This document shows positions 9,801-18,470 of a DNA stretch of 45,041 nucleotides, in pieces. The position numbers and the translations under genes were made by a program. Source of the stretch: an uncultured Eubacteriales bacterium (lineage in GTDB: Bacteria; Bacillota; Clostridia; Oscillospirales; Oscillospiraceae); the NCBI GenBank assembly GCA_900316335.1, contig ONCN01000001.1, positions 1 through 45,041 of the forward strand, given 5' to 3'. Numbering within the stretch: position 1 is the stretch's first letter; every line of letters starts with the position of its first letter. The notes under the pieces were generated by a model, which saw only the letters and a list, made by a program, of their open reading frames with translations, did not search any database and was not told the DNA's origin.

Positions 9801-10381
9801 TTTCAGAGCGATATGAATATCTCACCGGCCAGCGTGACGACGTGCTCCAATCCAAAAAGGAGCTTGAGGCCATCATCCGCGATATCACCCGCCATATGAC
9901 GGATATCTTCACCGAAGAATTTGCCAAAATCAACACCTACTTCGGCCAGACCTTCACTGAGATGTTCGGCGGCGGCAAGGGCTCTTTGGAGCTTGAGGAT
10001 CCCGCCGAGCCGCTCACCTGCGGCATCGAGATCAAGGTCCAGCCCCCCGGCAAGCAGCTCAAGACCATCACGCTGCTCTCCGGCGGCGAAAAGGCCTTTG
10101 TGGCCATCGCCCTGTATTTTGCCATCCTGAAGGTGCGGCCCACGCCCTTCTGCATGCTCGACGAGATTGACGCGGCCCTTGACGACCGGAACGTGGAGCG
10201 CTACGCAAGCTACCTGCGGCAGCTCTGTAAAAAGACTCAGTTCATCGTCATCACCCACCGCCGCGGTACCATGGAAGAGGCGGACGCCCTCTTTGGCGTC
10301 ACCATGCAGGAGCAGGGCGTGTCCAAGATCCTTCACCTGGATCTCAACCAGCTCACCGAGCAGTTGGGTATTACAGAATAA
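6809..10381 (+). CDS. smc: Chromosome segregation protein SMC
   Basis: 1190 aa. It has an N-terminal Walker A (GPNGSGKSN), long coiled coils, a hinge, a C-terminal signature (LSGGEKAFVAIAL) and Walker B (MLDEIDAALD). GTG start. Confidence 0.97.
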   Translation: MYLKSLEIQGFKSFPDKTFLQFGDDITAIVGPNGSGKSNISDAIRWVMGEQSTRALRGGKMEDVIFGGTQKRAQVGFAEASLVLDNTDRAFAVDADEVMVTRRYYRSGESEYYINKQSARLRDINELFMDTGLGKEGYSNISQGRIDEILSLKSTDRREIFEEAAGISKYRHRKEETERRLERTEDNLLRIGDKISELELQIEPLREQAEKAKKYLAFRDELKGLEVALWVQSLERLAQTAQKAEEDYRSATFILQQEHDALEALYQSSEALTAQLREEDQILDQRRGEIELAKAEAQRLEGELALRRSEEKNVTENIDRLNRELSEQDSRSGGVLAEMEERRARIREIDAQTKTLETQLQDLSRQVEALTESAEGMTRQYLELQQSQAACTAEIAGKQADLAALSGALERAGARREELTADRDAAKSRRAETKARLSDCRARLRAARDSVQSQKNTISGYTLRQKARREKADTLAASLRELGVSLDTAASKLRLLREMEREYEGFSKAVRFVMQESGSGRLDGIHGPVSRLIQTDDKFSVAMEIALGAAMQHIVVGTEQDGKAAIGQLKNRDQGRATFLPLSTIRGSVLQERGLDQCRGFLGVASSLVRCQDRYRPVVESLLGRTVICQSLDDAIAMSRQYRSRFKIVTLDGQVMNAGGSMTGGSVSRSAGVLSRANEIQRLQVKVRELEGQKLQQQKELAEAQRQAEQVSFELQTAQDQLREQEDLTLRLEGEEKQYAVLFEAIVQAASANDRELDQLKAQTKADLARQDSLTKDLRTLKATQADLTARLEVLSLSQEDVSGQSGSLMDRTTQLKMDIAGLAAEKLTAMDALRSLSGLSQAMEGDRNQKTDLIAAFEGQILLLQGQMDQLQARIRAQQDTVSQRQQALEQAQAHRAGVEAKRTATDRDAQQKNKDIIDMEREVARLEARKNNAELEEKQIIDKLWESYELTPSTAPAQAAKIESVQAATKRSAELRRKIHSLGTPNLGAIDEYARVSERYEYLTGQRDDVLQSKKELEAIIRDITRHMTDIFTEEFAKINTYFGQTFTEMFGGGKGSLELEDPAEPLTCGIEIKVQPPGKQLKTITLLSGGEKAFVAIALYFAILKVRPTPFCMLDEIDAALDDRNVERYASYLRQLCKKTQFIVITHRRGTMEEADALFGVTMQEQGVSKILHLDLNQLTEQLGITE

Positions 10382-10430
10382 GCATCCTCGCGGCGCTTTG
10401 CGCTGCAAAAACACAACAACGGAGATTACT

Positions 10431-11336
10431 ATGGGATTTTTTGAAAAGATCAAACAGGGCCTGACCAAAACCAAAGAGGCCATGTCCGCATCCTTCGGGG
10501 GCATCTTTGCGTCCTTCCAGGGCGTAGACGACGATTTTTATGACGAGCTCGAAGAGAGCCTGATCCTCGCGGACCTTGGCGTTGACACGGCGGTCAAGGC
10601 CGTGACCCGGCTGCGCGAGGTGGTCAAAGAGCGCAAGCTCCGCTCCGCCGACGAGGTGAAGCAGGCCCTGCGCGAGATCCTCACTGAGACGCTCACCGTG
10701 GGCGACCCTGCGCTCAACATCGGCAGCCATCCCGCGGTGATCCTGGTCATCGGCGTCAACGGCGTGGGCAAAACCACCACCATCGGCAAGCTGGCAAACC
10801 AGCTCCGCTCGGTGGGCAACCGGGTTTTGCTCTGTGCGGGCGATACCTTCCGCGCCGCAGCCGCCGACCAGCTTGAGATCTGGGCCAACCGCTCCAAGGT
10901 GGACCTGGTTCGCCAGCACGAGGGCGCAGATCCCGCCGCCGTGGTCTATGACGGCATCACCGCCGCCAAGGCCCGCGACACCGACGTGATCATCTGCGAC
11001 ACCGCCGGCCGGCTGCACAACAAGGCCAATTTGATGAACGAGCTTGGCAAGATCAGCCGCGTCATTGACCGGGAGCTGCCGAACTCCGCCAAAGAGGTCC
11101 TGCTGGTGCTTGACGCCACCACGGGCCAAAACGGTCTGATCCAGGCCAAGCAGTTCAAAGAGATCGCCGGAGTCACCGGCATCGTGCTGACCAAGCTCGA
11201 CGGCACCGCCAAGGGCGGCATCGTCATTGCCGTGGCCGATGCGCTGCAGATCCCCGTGAAATACATCGGCGTGGGCGAGGGCATCGATGATCTCATGCCC
11301 TTCCAGGCCAAAGAATTTGTGGAGGCACTGATCTGA
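10431..11336 (+). CDS. ftsY: Signal recognition particle receptor FtsY
   Basis: The start is set at MGFFEKIKQGL (ATG 10431), because the track ORF from 10167 overlaps smc. Motifs GVNGVGKTTTIGKLA, DTAGRL and TKLDGTAKGG are present. The smc-ftsY synteny is classic. Confidence 0.95.
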   Translation: MGFFEKIKQGLTKTKEAMSASFGGIFASFQGVDDDFYDELEESLILADLGVDTAVKAVTRLREVVKERKLRSADEVKQALREILTETLTVGDPALNIGSHPAVILVIGVNGVGKTTTIGKLANQLRSVGNRVLLCAGDTFRAAAADQLEIWANRSKVDLVRQHEGADPAAVVYDGITAAKARDTDVIICDTAGRLHNKANLMNELGKISRVIDRELPNSAKEVLLVLDATTGQNGLIQAKQFKEIAGVTGIVLTKLDGTAKGGIVIAVADALQIPVKYIGVGEGIDDLMPFQAKEFVEALI

Positions 11337-11337
11337 T

Positions 11338-12048
11338 ATGCGCACTGACGGAAGACATTACGACGAGCTCCGGCCCGTAAAGATTACCCCGGACTTTATC
11401 CGCTTTGCCGAGGGAAGCTGCCTCATCCAGATGGGCAGCACCATGGTGCTGTGCAACGCCTCTGTGGAAGATAAGGTGCCGCCCCATGTGAAGAGCGGCG
11501 GCTGGATCACCGCAGAGTACTCCATGCTCCCCCGTGCCAACCGGGAGCGCTCCAAGCGCGATATCGCCAAGCTCAAGCTCTCGCCCCGCAGCGCCGAGAT
11601 CCAGCGGCTCATCGGCCGCAGCCTGCGCAGCGCTGTCAATCTGCAGCTATTGGGCGAGCGGACCATCACCGTGGACTGTGACGTGCTCCAGGGCGACGGC
11701 GGCACCCGCACCGCCTCTGTGACGGGCGGCTTTGTGGCGCTGTGCCTGGCACTGAAAAAGCTGGTCGAGCGGGGCGAGCTGGAAAAAATGCCCGTTCGCA
11801 CCTGCGTGTCCGGCATCTCCGCAGGCCTCATCGGCGGCGAGGCCATGCTGGACCTCTGCTATGAGGAAGACAGCCGCGCCATCGTGGATATGAACTGCGT
11901 CATGACCGCCGAGGGCAATATCATCGAGCTGCAGGCCACCGGCGAGGGCCGGCCCTACACCCCCGAAGAGCAGCAGCGCCTGGTTGCGCTGTGCGCCAAG
12001 GGCAACGCCGAGCTTTGCAGGCTGATCCGCCCCTATTGCGGTATCTGA
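11338..12048 (+). CDS. rph: Ribonuclease PH
   Basis: 236 aa. MRTDGRHYDELRPVKITPDF...EGSCLIQMGSTMVLC...GDGGTRTASVTGGFVAL is the typical RNase PH fold sequence. Confidence 0.95.
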   Translation: MRTDGRHYDELRPVKITPDFIRFAEGSCLIQMGSTMVLCNASVEDKVPPHVKSGGWITAEYSMLPRANRERSKRDIAKLKLSPRSAEIQRLIGRSLRSAVNLQLLGERTITVDCDVLQGDGGTRTASVTGGFVALCLALKKLVERGELEKMPVRTCVSGISAGLIGGEAMLDLCYEEDSRAIVDMNCVMTAEGNIIELQATGEGRPYTPEEQQRLVALCAKGNAELCRLIRPYCGI

Positions 12049-12066
12049 GCAGAAGGAGGAACCACC

Positions 12067-12666
12067 ATGAAAGTTGTGCTTGCCAGTCAAAACCGCCACA
12101 AGCTCGAAGAGATCCAGGCCATTCTTGCCCGGTATGATATGGAGCTGGTGCTGGAAAAGGACCTGGGCTTGTCCATCGACGTGGAGGAGACCGGGACCAC
12201 CTTTGAAGAAAACTCCATGCTCAAGGCCAAGGCGGTCATGCAGGCCACAGGCCTGCCCACGATTGCCGACGATTCCGGCCTGTCTGTGGACGTTCTGGGC
12301 GGCGAGCCCGGGATCTACTCCGCCCGCTACGGCGGCGACGTGTGCCAATCCGACCGGGACCGGCTGGAGCTGCTGCTGAAAAACCTGCGCGGCGTGCGCG
12401 CCGAAGAGCGCACCGCCCGCTTCGTGTGTGTCATCACCCTGCTGTATCCCGACGGCCGCTCCATCGTGGCCCGGGGCACCTGCGAGGGTGTGATCGCCGC
12501 CGAGCCGCGGGGCACCGCGGGCTTCGGCTATGACCCCGTGTTTTATATTCCCAAAACCGGGCGTACCTTTGCCGAGATGGGAAGCGAGGCGAAAAACGCC
12601 ATTTCCCACCGGGCAAACGCCCTGCGCCGCCTGTGCCAGCTCATTGAGGCGCAGGACCGGCTCTGA
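12067..12666 (+). CDS. rdgB: XTP/dITP diphosphatase (Ham1/RdgB family)
   Basis: 199 aa. LASQNRHKLEEI, DDSGLSVDVLGGEPGIYSARY, FGYDPVFY and SHRANA are present. It is adjacent to rph, as in many bacteria. Confidence 0.9.
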   Translation: MKVVLASQNRHKLEEIQAILARYDMELVLEKDLGLSIDVEETGTTFEENSMLKAKAVMQATGLPTIADDSGLSVDVLGGEPGIYSARYGGDVCQSDRDRLELLLKNLRGVRAEERTARFVCVITLLYPDGRSIVARGTCEGVIAAEPRGTAGFGYDPVFYIPKTGRTFAEMGSEAKNAISHRANALRRLCQLIEAQDRL

Positions 12667-12715
12667 CCAAAGAAACCAGCGCCCCGCGTCCGGCGGAGCA
12701 AAAGGAGGACCAGAT

Positions 12716-13162
12716 ATGATCACAAGCAAGCAGCGCGCGGAGCTGCGCAGCCGCGCAAACGAGCTGGACACCACGTTGATGATCGGCAAAGAGGGCATCA
12801 CCGACGCCCTGCTTTCCGAGGCGGACCGCCAGCTTGAGGCCAGAGAGCTCATCAAGGGCAAGGTCCTTGAGACCGCCTTCCTCAGCGCCCGGGAGGCCAG
12901 CGACGAGCTGTGCAGCCGCCTTGGGGCCGAGGGCATCCAGTGCGTGGGCTTCCGCTTTGTCATCTACCGCCGCTCGGAAAAGCTGGCCAGACAGACCGGC
13001 ACCGCCAAGGCCAAGGTAAAGGTGAACCCGGTCCGCGTCGGCGCACAGAAGCGCCGCCAGCTCGCCCGTCAGCAGCGCGAGCAGCGCAATGAATACTTCC
13101 GCCAGTCCGCCATCGCCTACGCCATCGAGCGCCGCCGCAAGAGCGAGGAAGGCGAGCGATGA
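12716..13162 (+). CDS. yhbY: Ribosome assembly RNA-binding protein YhbY (CRM domain) with a basic C-terminal extension
   Basis: The start is set at ATG 12716 (MITSKQRAELRSRANELDTTLMIGKEGITD), 6 nt after AAGGAGGA. The CRM core is about 95 aa. It is followed by a Lys/Arg-rich tail of about 50 aa. Confidence 0.8.
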   Translation: MITSKQRAELRSRANELDTTLMIGKEGITDALLSEADRQLEARELIKGKVLETAFLSAREASDELCSRLGAEGIQCVGFRFVIYRRSEKLARQTGTAKAKVKVNPVRVGAQKRRQLARQQREQRNEYFRQSAIAYAIERRRKSEEGER

Positions 13163-14355
13163 GCAGGCTCGGCATATACGGCGGCAGCTTCAACCCGCCC
13201 CATCAGGGCCACACGCTGGCCGCGCAGGAGCTGATCCGACTGCTTGCGCTCGATACGCTGTTCGTCATCCCCGCGGCCATTCCGCCGCATAAGGCCCTGC
13301 CCGCCGGCTCTCCCGATGCGCAGGAGCGCCTGCATCTGACTGAGCTTGCCTTCGCGCATGTGGAGAAGGCGCAGGTGCTGGATCTGGAGCTTCGCCGCGA
13401 GGGACCGAGCTACACCGTTGACACGCTCGAGTGTCTTGCCCGGGAGCATCCCGGCGACGAGCTCATTCTGATTATGGGCACGGATATGCTGCTGGGCTTC
13501 TCCGGCTGGTATCAGCCTGCGCGCATCGCCGAGCTTGCAAAGCTTGCCGTAATGCACCGCAGCGAGGATGCGGCGCTTTGGCAAAAGACGCTGGAGGAGG
13601 CCGCGCGGCTGCGTGCCCAGCTTGGCGCCGAGATCATCCCCGTGGACAACCAAAGCATCGAGGTTTCCTCCACCACCGTGCGGCGGCTTCTGGGCCTGGG
13701 CGACGCAGAGTACCTGGACCCTGAAGTGCGCGACAGGATCGAAGCGCTCGGCCTGTATGGCATCCGGGAGGACCGACGGAACCTGCCCTTTGACCGCCTG
13801 CAGGAGGCGTCGCTTTCCCTGTACGATCCCAAGCGGGTGCCCCATGTCATCGGCTGCAGCCAGACAGCCGAGGCCCTTGCAAAACAATACGGGGCAGACC
13901 CCGAGCTTGCGCGCCGCGCCGGGATCCTGCACGACGTCACCAAGGCCATCGGCCCGCACGATCAGCTTCTGCTTGCGCGGCACTATGGCATCGTCCCATC
14001 CGGGCAGGAGCAGATCAATCCCAAGCTGCTGCACGCCAAAACCGGCGCGGCAGTCGCCCGCGCGGTGTTCGGCGAGTGCGAGCAGGTGGTCTCCGCCATC
14101 GAGTGGCACACCACGGGGCGCGCGAATATGACCGTGCTGGAAAAGATCCTGTATCTGGCCGATTACATGGAACCAAATCGCCGGTTCACCGGCGTGGATA
14201 CCCTGCGTGAGCTGGTCTGGAAGGACCTGGACGCAGGGATGGAGCTGGGCCTGCGCATGTCGCTTGAGAGCCTGGCCCAGCGAGGCTTGGGCGTGGATGA
14301 GAACTCCATGGCCGCCTGGCAATTCTATTCAAACGAGAGGAGCAAACAGATATGA
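13159..14355 (+). CDS. nadD: Fusion protein: nicotinate-nucleotide adenylyltransferase NadD plus HD-domain YqeK (Ap4A hydrolase family)
   Basis: 398 aa. The N-terminal half has GGSFNPPHQGH and the NadD fold. The C-terminal half has HVIGCSQTAEAL...GILHDVTK...IEWHTTGRANMTVLEKILYLADYMEPNR, typical of YqeK. Confidence 0.85.
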   Translation: MSRLGIYGGSFNPPHQGHTLAAQELIRLLALDTLFVIPAAIPPHKALPAGSPDAQERLHLTELAFAHVEKAQVLDLELRREGPSYTVDTLECLAREHPGDELILIMGTDMLLGFSGWYQPARIAELAKLAVMHRSEDAALWQKTLEEAARLRAQLGAEIIPVDNQSIEVSSTTVRRLLGLGDAEYLDPEVRDRIEALGLYGIREDRRNLPFDRLQEASLSLYDPKRVPHVIGCSQTAEALAKQYGADPELARRAGILHDVTKAIGPHDQLLLARHYGIVPSGQEQINPKLLHAKTGAAVARAVFGECEQVVSAIEWHTTGRANMTVLEKILYLADYMEPNRRFTGVDTLRELVWKDLDAGMELGLRMSLESLAQRGLGVDENSMAAWQFYSNERSKQI

Positions 14356-15212
14356 AACTCTTTGGCAAAGATTTTGAAAAAGAGTGGGAGGATCTCCCGG
14401 AGGAGGTCCTGCACGCCCAGGATACCGGGGAGATCCCGGATCTGGATCTGTCTCAGCTTACCATTGACATGCCCCAGGACGAGAAAGAGGATGATCAGGC
14501 CGAGCGCTTTGCCCAGGAGCTGAAGGAGCTCGTCGGCGAGCCGAAGAAAGAGGAGCCGGAGGACCCCGAGCAGTTTGCGCTGGATCTGAAGGGCCTGGAG
14601 CTTGAAGCGAAGGAAGAGCCTGAGGATCCCGACCGCTTCGCGCGGGAGCTGCGCGATCTGATCGGCGAACAGGATGCACCCAAGGAGCGGATCGACGACA
14701 CCGGCCGCTTCCTCAAAGAGCTGCAGGAGCTGGTTGGGGATGCCAAACCTGCCCAGGACGCCCCAAAGCCTGCCGAGGAAGCCCCCGAGCCCGCGCAGGC
14801 CGCTCCGCAAAAGACGGAAGCGCCGCAAACGCCTGAGGACCCTGCCGAACCCGCGCCGGAAGCGCCTGTCGCTGCCGAACAGCCAGAGGCGCCTGCCGCC
14901 GAGCCCAAGCGTACGTCCTCTGATCCGCTTATCCGCACGAAAAACCCCATCGACGACGATGAGCTTCTGCGTGAGCTCTACGCGCTCATGGGCGACACCC
15001 CCAAGGTGCCCGACTCCACCCAGAGCAGGCCCGAGCACCGCGACAGTGCGCCGGAGCTCACCGTGGACGAGCCGCTTGAGGAGGAAGACGAGGACGAGGC
15101 CGTAACGCCCGGCTGGCTCAAGGGTATATTCTTGATGCTGGTCTCGCTGGTGATCTGCGGCATGACCTGCTACGCCGTGGCAACCGACGTGCTGGCCCGG
15201 TATCTGAATTGA
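14352..15212 (+). CDS. Hypothetical acidic repeat protein with a C-terminal transmembrane anchor
   Basis: 286 aa. ATGA overlap with the preceding stop. Four degenerate repeats ([ED]-P-[ED]-x-F-A-x-[ED]-L-[KR]-x-L) are followed by a P/A/E-rich tract and a terminal TM helix (IFLMLVSLVICGMTCYAVA). I recognise no family. Confidence 0.6.
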   Translation: MKLFGKDFEKEWEDLPEEVLHAQDTGEIPDLDLSQLTIDMPQDEKEDDQAERFAQELKELVGEPKKEEPEDPEQFALDLKGLELEAKEEPEDPDRFARELRDLIGEQDAPKERIDDTGRFLKELQELVGDAKPAQDAPKPAEEAPEPAQAAPQKTEAPQTPEDPAEPAPEAPVAAEQPEAPAAEPKRTSSDPLIRTKNPIDDDELLRELYALMGDTPKVPDSTQSRPEHRDSAPELTVDEPLEEEDEDEAVTPGWLKGIFLMLVSLVICGMTCYAVATDVLARYLN

Positions 15213-15251
15213 GAAAGCTATCTTGATTATAAAAGGAAAAGGTGGACAACT

Positions 15252-15596
15252 ATGACGACAAAAGAGATCGCGTTGACCGCAGCCCGTGCCCTTGAAGAAA
15301 AGAAGGGCATCGGCGTAAAGCTTCTGCAGGTGGCCGAGGTGACCACCCTGGCGGAATATTTTCTGATCTGCACGGGCACCTCCAATACCCATGTGAACAC
15401 CCTCTGCGACGCCGTGGAGGAGGCCGTGGAGAACTGCGGCGAGCCCCTGCTCCATCGTGAGGGGCACCGCAGCGGCACCTGGGTGCTGCTGGACTTTGGC
15501 AGCTTGGTTTGCCACGTCTTTACCGATGAGACCCGGGCCTTCTACGACCTGGAGCGCCTTTGGAACGACGCGGTTCCCGTCGCGCTGGAGGAGTAA
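15252..15596 (+). CDS. rsfS: Ribosome silencing factor RsfS (iojap family)
   Basis: 114 aa. LAEYFLICTGTSNTHVNTLCDAVEE...WVLLDFGSLVCHVF...YDLERLW. Confidence 0.9.
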   Translation: MTTKEIALTAARALEEKKGIGVKLLQVAEVTTLAEYFLICTGTSNTHVNTLCDAVEEAVENCGEPLLHREGHRSGTWVLLDFGSLVCHVFTDETRAFYDLERLWNDAVPVALEE

Positions 15597-15599
15597 GCC

Positions 15600-18011
15600 A
15601 TGAAGTATGACTTTACCGCCATTGAAGCCAAGTGGCAAAAAGAATGGGAGGAGAAAAAGCTCTTCAAGGCCGAGACCGGCGGCGACAAGGAAAAGTTCTA
15701 CGGACTCATTGAGTTCCCGTTCCCCTCGGGCGTCGGCCTGCACGTCGGCCACGCCAGACCCTACACCGCCATGGACGTGATCGCCCGGAAAAAGCGGATG
15801 GAGGGCTATAACGTCCTGTTCCCCATGGGCTATGACGCCTTCGGCCTTCCGACTGAGAACTACGCCATCAAAAACCACATCCATCCCCGCACGGTCACCG
15901 AAAAGAACGTCGCAACCTTCCGCGGTCAGCTCAAGGCCCTGGGCTACAGCTTTGACTGGGACCGGGAGATCAACACCACCGATCCGAAGTATTTCAAGTG
16001 GACCCAGTGGATCTTCCTGCAGATGTTCAAGCGCGGCCTTGCCTACAAGGCCAAGATGCCCGTGAACTGGTGCACCTCCTGCAAGTGCGTGCTGGCCAAC
16101 GAAGAGGTGGTCGAGGGCGTGTGCGAGCGCTGCGGCTCTCCCGTCATCCGCAAGGAGCGCAGCCAGTGGATGCTGGGCATCACCCAGTATGCCGACCGCC
16201 TGATCGACGATCTCGAGGGGCTGGATTTCATCGACCGCGTCAAGGCCCAGCAGATCAACTGGATCGGCCGGTCCTACGGCGCCCAGGTGCGCTTTGACTC
16301 CACCTTGGGCGACCCCATTACGGTCTTCACCACCCGGCCCGACACCCTGTTTGGCGCCACCTATATGGTCCTCTCGCCCGAGCATGCTCTGGTCGAGAAG
16401 TGGCTGCCCAAGCTCACCAATGCCGACGAGATCCGCGCCTACCAGGCGCTGGCCGCGGCCAAGTCCGACATGGAGCGCACCGAGCTCAACAAGGACAAAA
16501 CCGGCGTCAAGCTCGAGGGCGTCATGGGCATCAACCCCGTCAACGGCAAACAGATCCCCATCTTCATCTCCGATTACGTTCTGGCGACCTACGGCACCGG
16601 CGCGATCATGGCCGTGCCCGCCCACGATACCCGCGACTGGGAGTTTGCCAAAAAGTTTGATCTGCCCATCGTTGAGGTCATCGCCGGCGGCGATGTCGAG
16701 CAGGCCGCCTTTACCGACGTGCAGACCGGCGTTCTTGTAAACTCCGACTTCCTCAACGGTCTGAGTGTGGCCGAGGCAAAAAAGGCCATCATCGCCTGGC
16801 TGACCGAGCGCGGCATCGGCGAGTCCAAGAAGAACTTCAAGCTCCGCGACTGGGTCTTCTCCCGTCAACGCTATTGGGGCGAGCCCATCCCGGTGGTCCA
16901 TTGCGCCAAGTGCGGCACGGTGGCTCTGCCCGAGTCTGAGCTGCCGCTGCTTTTGCCCGACGTGGAGAGCTATGAGCTCACCGACGACGGCGAGAGCCCT
17001 CTTGCCTCCATCACCGACTGGGTCAACACTACCTGTCCCTGCTGTGGCGGACCTGCCAAGCGCGAGACTGACACCATGCCCCAGTGGGCCGGCTCAAGCT
17101 GGTACTATCTGCGGTATATGGATCCGCACAACGACGAGGCGCTTGCCTCGAAAGAAGCGCTGGAATACTGGTCCCCCGTGGATTGGTACAACGGCGGCAT
17201 GGAGCATACCACCCTGCATCTGCTCTACAGCCGGTTCTGGCACAAGTTCTTGTATGACATCGGCGTGGTCCCCACCAAGGAGCCCTATGCCAAGCGCACC
17301 TCGCACGGCATGATCCTGGGCGAGGGCGGCATCAAGATGTCCAAATCCCGCGGCAACGTCATCAACCCCACCGACGTCATCAACGAGTTCGGCGCCGACA
17401 CCATGCGCACCTATATCATGTTCATCGGCGACTTTGAAAAGCCCGCCTCCTGGGCCTCCAATTCCGTCAAGGGCTGCAAGCGCTTTTTGGATAAGATCTG
17501 GGCCCTTGCCGAGACCGTGACCGACGAGGAAACGGCGTATTCCAAGGCCAACGAGAATATGATGCACAAGACCATCCGCAAGGTCACCTCCGACATCGAC
17601 CAGCTCAAGGCCAACACCGCCCTGGCGCAGCTTATGACCCTGGTCAACCAGCTCTCCGACAAGGGCTGCAACCGCGCCGAGCTTGACACGCTGCTGCGCC
17701 TGGTCAGCCCGTTTGCCCCGCACCTGGCCGAGGAGCTGTGGCACCAGCACGGCTTTGCAGGCTACTGCTCGCTCGCTGCCTGGCCGACCTACGACGAGGC
17801 CAAGTGCAAGGACGCAGAGATCGACGTGGCCGTGCAGATCAACGGCAAGCTCCGCGGCACCGTCCACATGGAGGCCGGTCTTGACAACGACACGCTCACA
17901 AGCCTGGTGCTTGCCGACGAGCGCATCCAAAAGGCCCTCGAGCGCGCCGGCGGCACGATCCGCAAGACCATCGTGGTGCCCAACAAGCTGGTGAACCTCA
18001 TCGTCAAGTAA
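15600..18011 (+). CDS. leuS: Leucine--tRNA ligase
   Basis: 803 aa. HIGH-type motif ([10 protein letters not shown]), KMSKS (IKMSKSRGN) and the CP1 editing region are present. Confidence 0.97.
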   Translation: MKYDFTAIEAKWQKEWEEKKLFKAETGGDKEKFYGLIEFPFPSGVGLHVGHARPYTAMDVIARKKRMEGYNVLFPMGYDAFGLPTENYAIKNHIHPRTVTEKNVATFRGQLKALGYSFDWDREINTTDPKYFKWTQWIFLQMFKRGLAYKAKMPVNWCTSCKCVLANEEVVEGVCERCGSPVIRKERSQWMLGITQYADRLIDDLEGLDFIDRVKAQQINWIGRSYGAQVRFDSTLGDPITVFTTRPDTLFGATYMVLSPEHALVEKWLPKLTNADEIRAYQALAAAKSDMERTELNKDKTGVKLEGVMGINPVNGKQIPIFISDYVLATYGTGAIMAVPAHDTRDWEFAKKFDLPIVEVIAGGDVEQAAFTDVQTGVLVNSDFLNGLSVAEAKKAIIAWLTERGIGESKKNFKLRDWVFSRQRYWGEPIPVVHCAKCGTVALPESELPLLLPDVESYELTDDGESPLASITDWVNTTCPCCGGPAKRETDTMPQWAGSSWYYLRYMDPHNDEALASKEALEYWSPVDWYNGGMEHTTLHLLYSRFWHKFLYDIGVVPTKEPYAKRTSHGMILGEGGIKMSKSRGNVINPTDVINEFGADTMRTYIMFIGDFEKPASWASNSVKGCKRFLDKIWALAETVTDEETAYSKANENMMHKTIRKVTSDIDQLKANTALAQLMTLVNQLSDKGCNRAELDTLLRLVSPFAPHLAEELWHQHGFAGYCSLAAWPTYDEAKCKDAEIDVAVQINGKLRGTVHMEAGLDNDTLTSLVLADERIQKALERAGGTIRKTIVVPNKLVNLIVK

Positions 18012-18093
18012 GCTCCGGTCCTGTGCATCCGCCGCCGGGCGGGGAAGAAACGCCCCGTTCCGCCGAAACTCGCAAAAAAATCCGGAAAACCCC

Positions 18094-18122
18094 TTGACAA
18101 TTCCATCCAAAGCCTGTATAAT
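18094..18122 (+). promoter_or_regulatory. Consensus sigma-A promoter of rpsU
   Basis: TTGACA (18094-18099), 17 nt, TATAAT (18117-18122). It lies about 70 nt upstream of the rpsU ATG. Confidence 0.65.
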
Positions 18123-18193
18123 AACCTCGCCTTTTAAAAAAGGCCCTGAAAGTGTCAAGGATTTAGCCGGGCACATCGGAGGGAGGGAAATCA

Positions 18194-18376
18194 ATGTCTG
18201 AAATTCGCGTCAAAGAGAACGAATCTCTGGAGAGCGCACTCAAGCGGTTCAAGCGGAGCGTCCAGAAGGCCGGCATCCAGCAGGAAGTCCGTAAGAGAGA
18301 GCACTACGTGAGCCCCAGTCTCAAGCGCAAGCAGAAGAGCGAAGCCGCTCGCAAGAACAAGAGAAGAGGCTATTGA
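18194..18376 (+). CDS. rpsU: 30S ribosomal protein S21
   Basis: 60 aa. [38 protein letters not shown]...; GGAGGGAGGG RBS. Confidence 0.95.
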   Translation: MSEIRVKENESLESALKRFKRSVQKAGIQQEVRKREHYVSPSLKRKQKSEAARKNKRRGY

Positions 18377-18401
18377 TTTTTCTCCGTCAAGCGTAAACAA
18401 A

Positions 18402-18427
18402 CCCCCATGCCCTGCATGGGGGTTTTT
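18402..18427 (+). terminator. Intrinsic terminator of rpsU
   Basis: CCCCCATGC (18402-18410) / GCATGGGGG (18414-18422), followed by TTTTT. Confidence 0.85.
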
Positions 18428-18470
18428 GATACCGTCAACACATTGCCGACACAAAGAAGGAGGGTACCTT

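Noticed and set aside
10167-10430. N-terminal extension of the ftsY ORF; similar extensions occur on the yhbY, spoIIAA, spoIIAB, S41 peptidase, greA, ftsX and ribU ORFs
   Set aside because: The extensions overlap upstream genes or terminators and are Arg/Pro/Ser-rich junk. Internal starts have RBSs and give canonical N-termini.
11647-14322. Minus-strand ORFs 11647..12963 (438 aa) and 13117..14322 (401 aa)
   Set aside because: They are antisense to rph/rdgB/yhbY and nadD-yqeK respectively, and they show artefactual composition.
15597-15599. I looked for T-box leaders in front of the two aminoacyl-tRNA synthetase genes (leuS here; lysS at 42805-42815)
   Set aside because: The intergenic gaps are only 3 nt and 11 nt. 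Both genes are co-transcribed with the upstream genes (rsfS, greA), so there is no room for a T-box.
14325-16901. 858-aa minus-strand ORF, the longest unexplained ORF in the track
   Set aside because: It lies entirely antisense to rsfS/leuS and the acidic repeat gene, all of which have clear signatures. Its translation is rich in G/A/L/R/H/D and low in complexity, with no motif. Stop-codon-poor antisense frames are typical of high-GC DNA.
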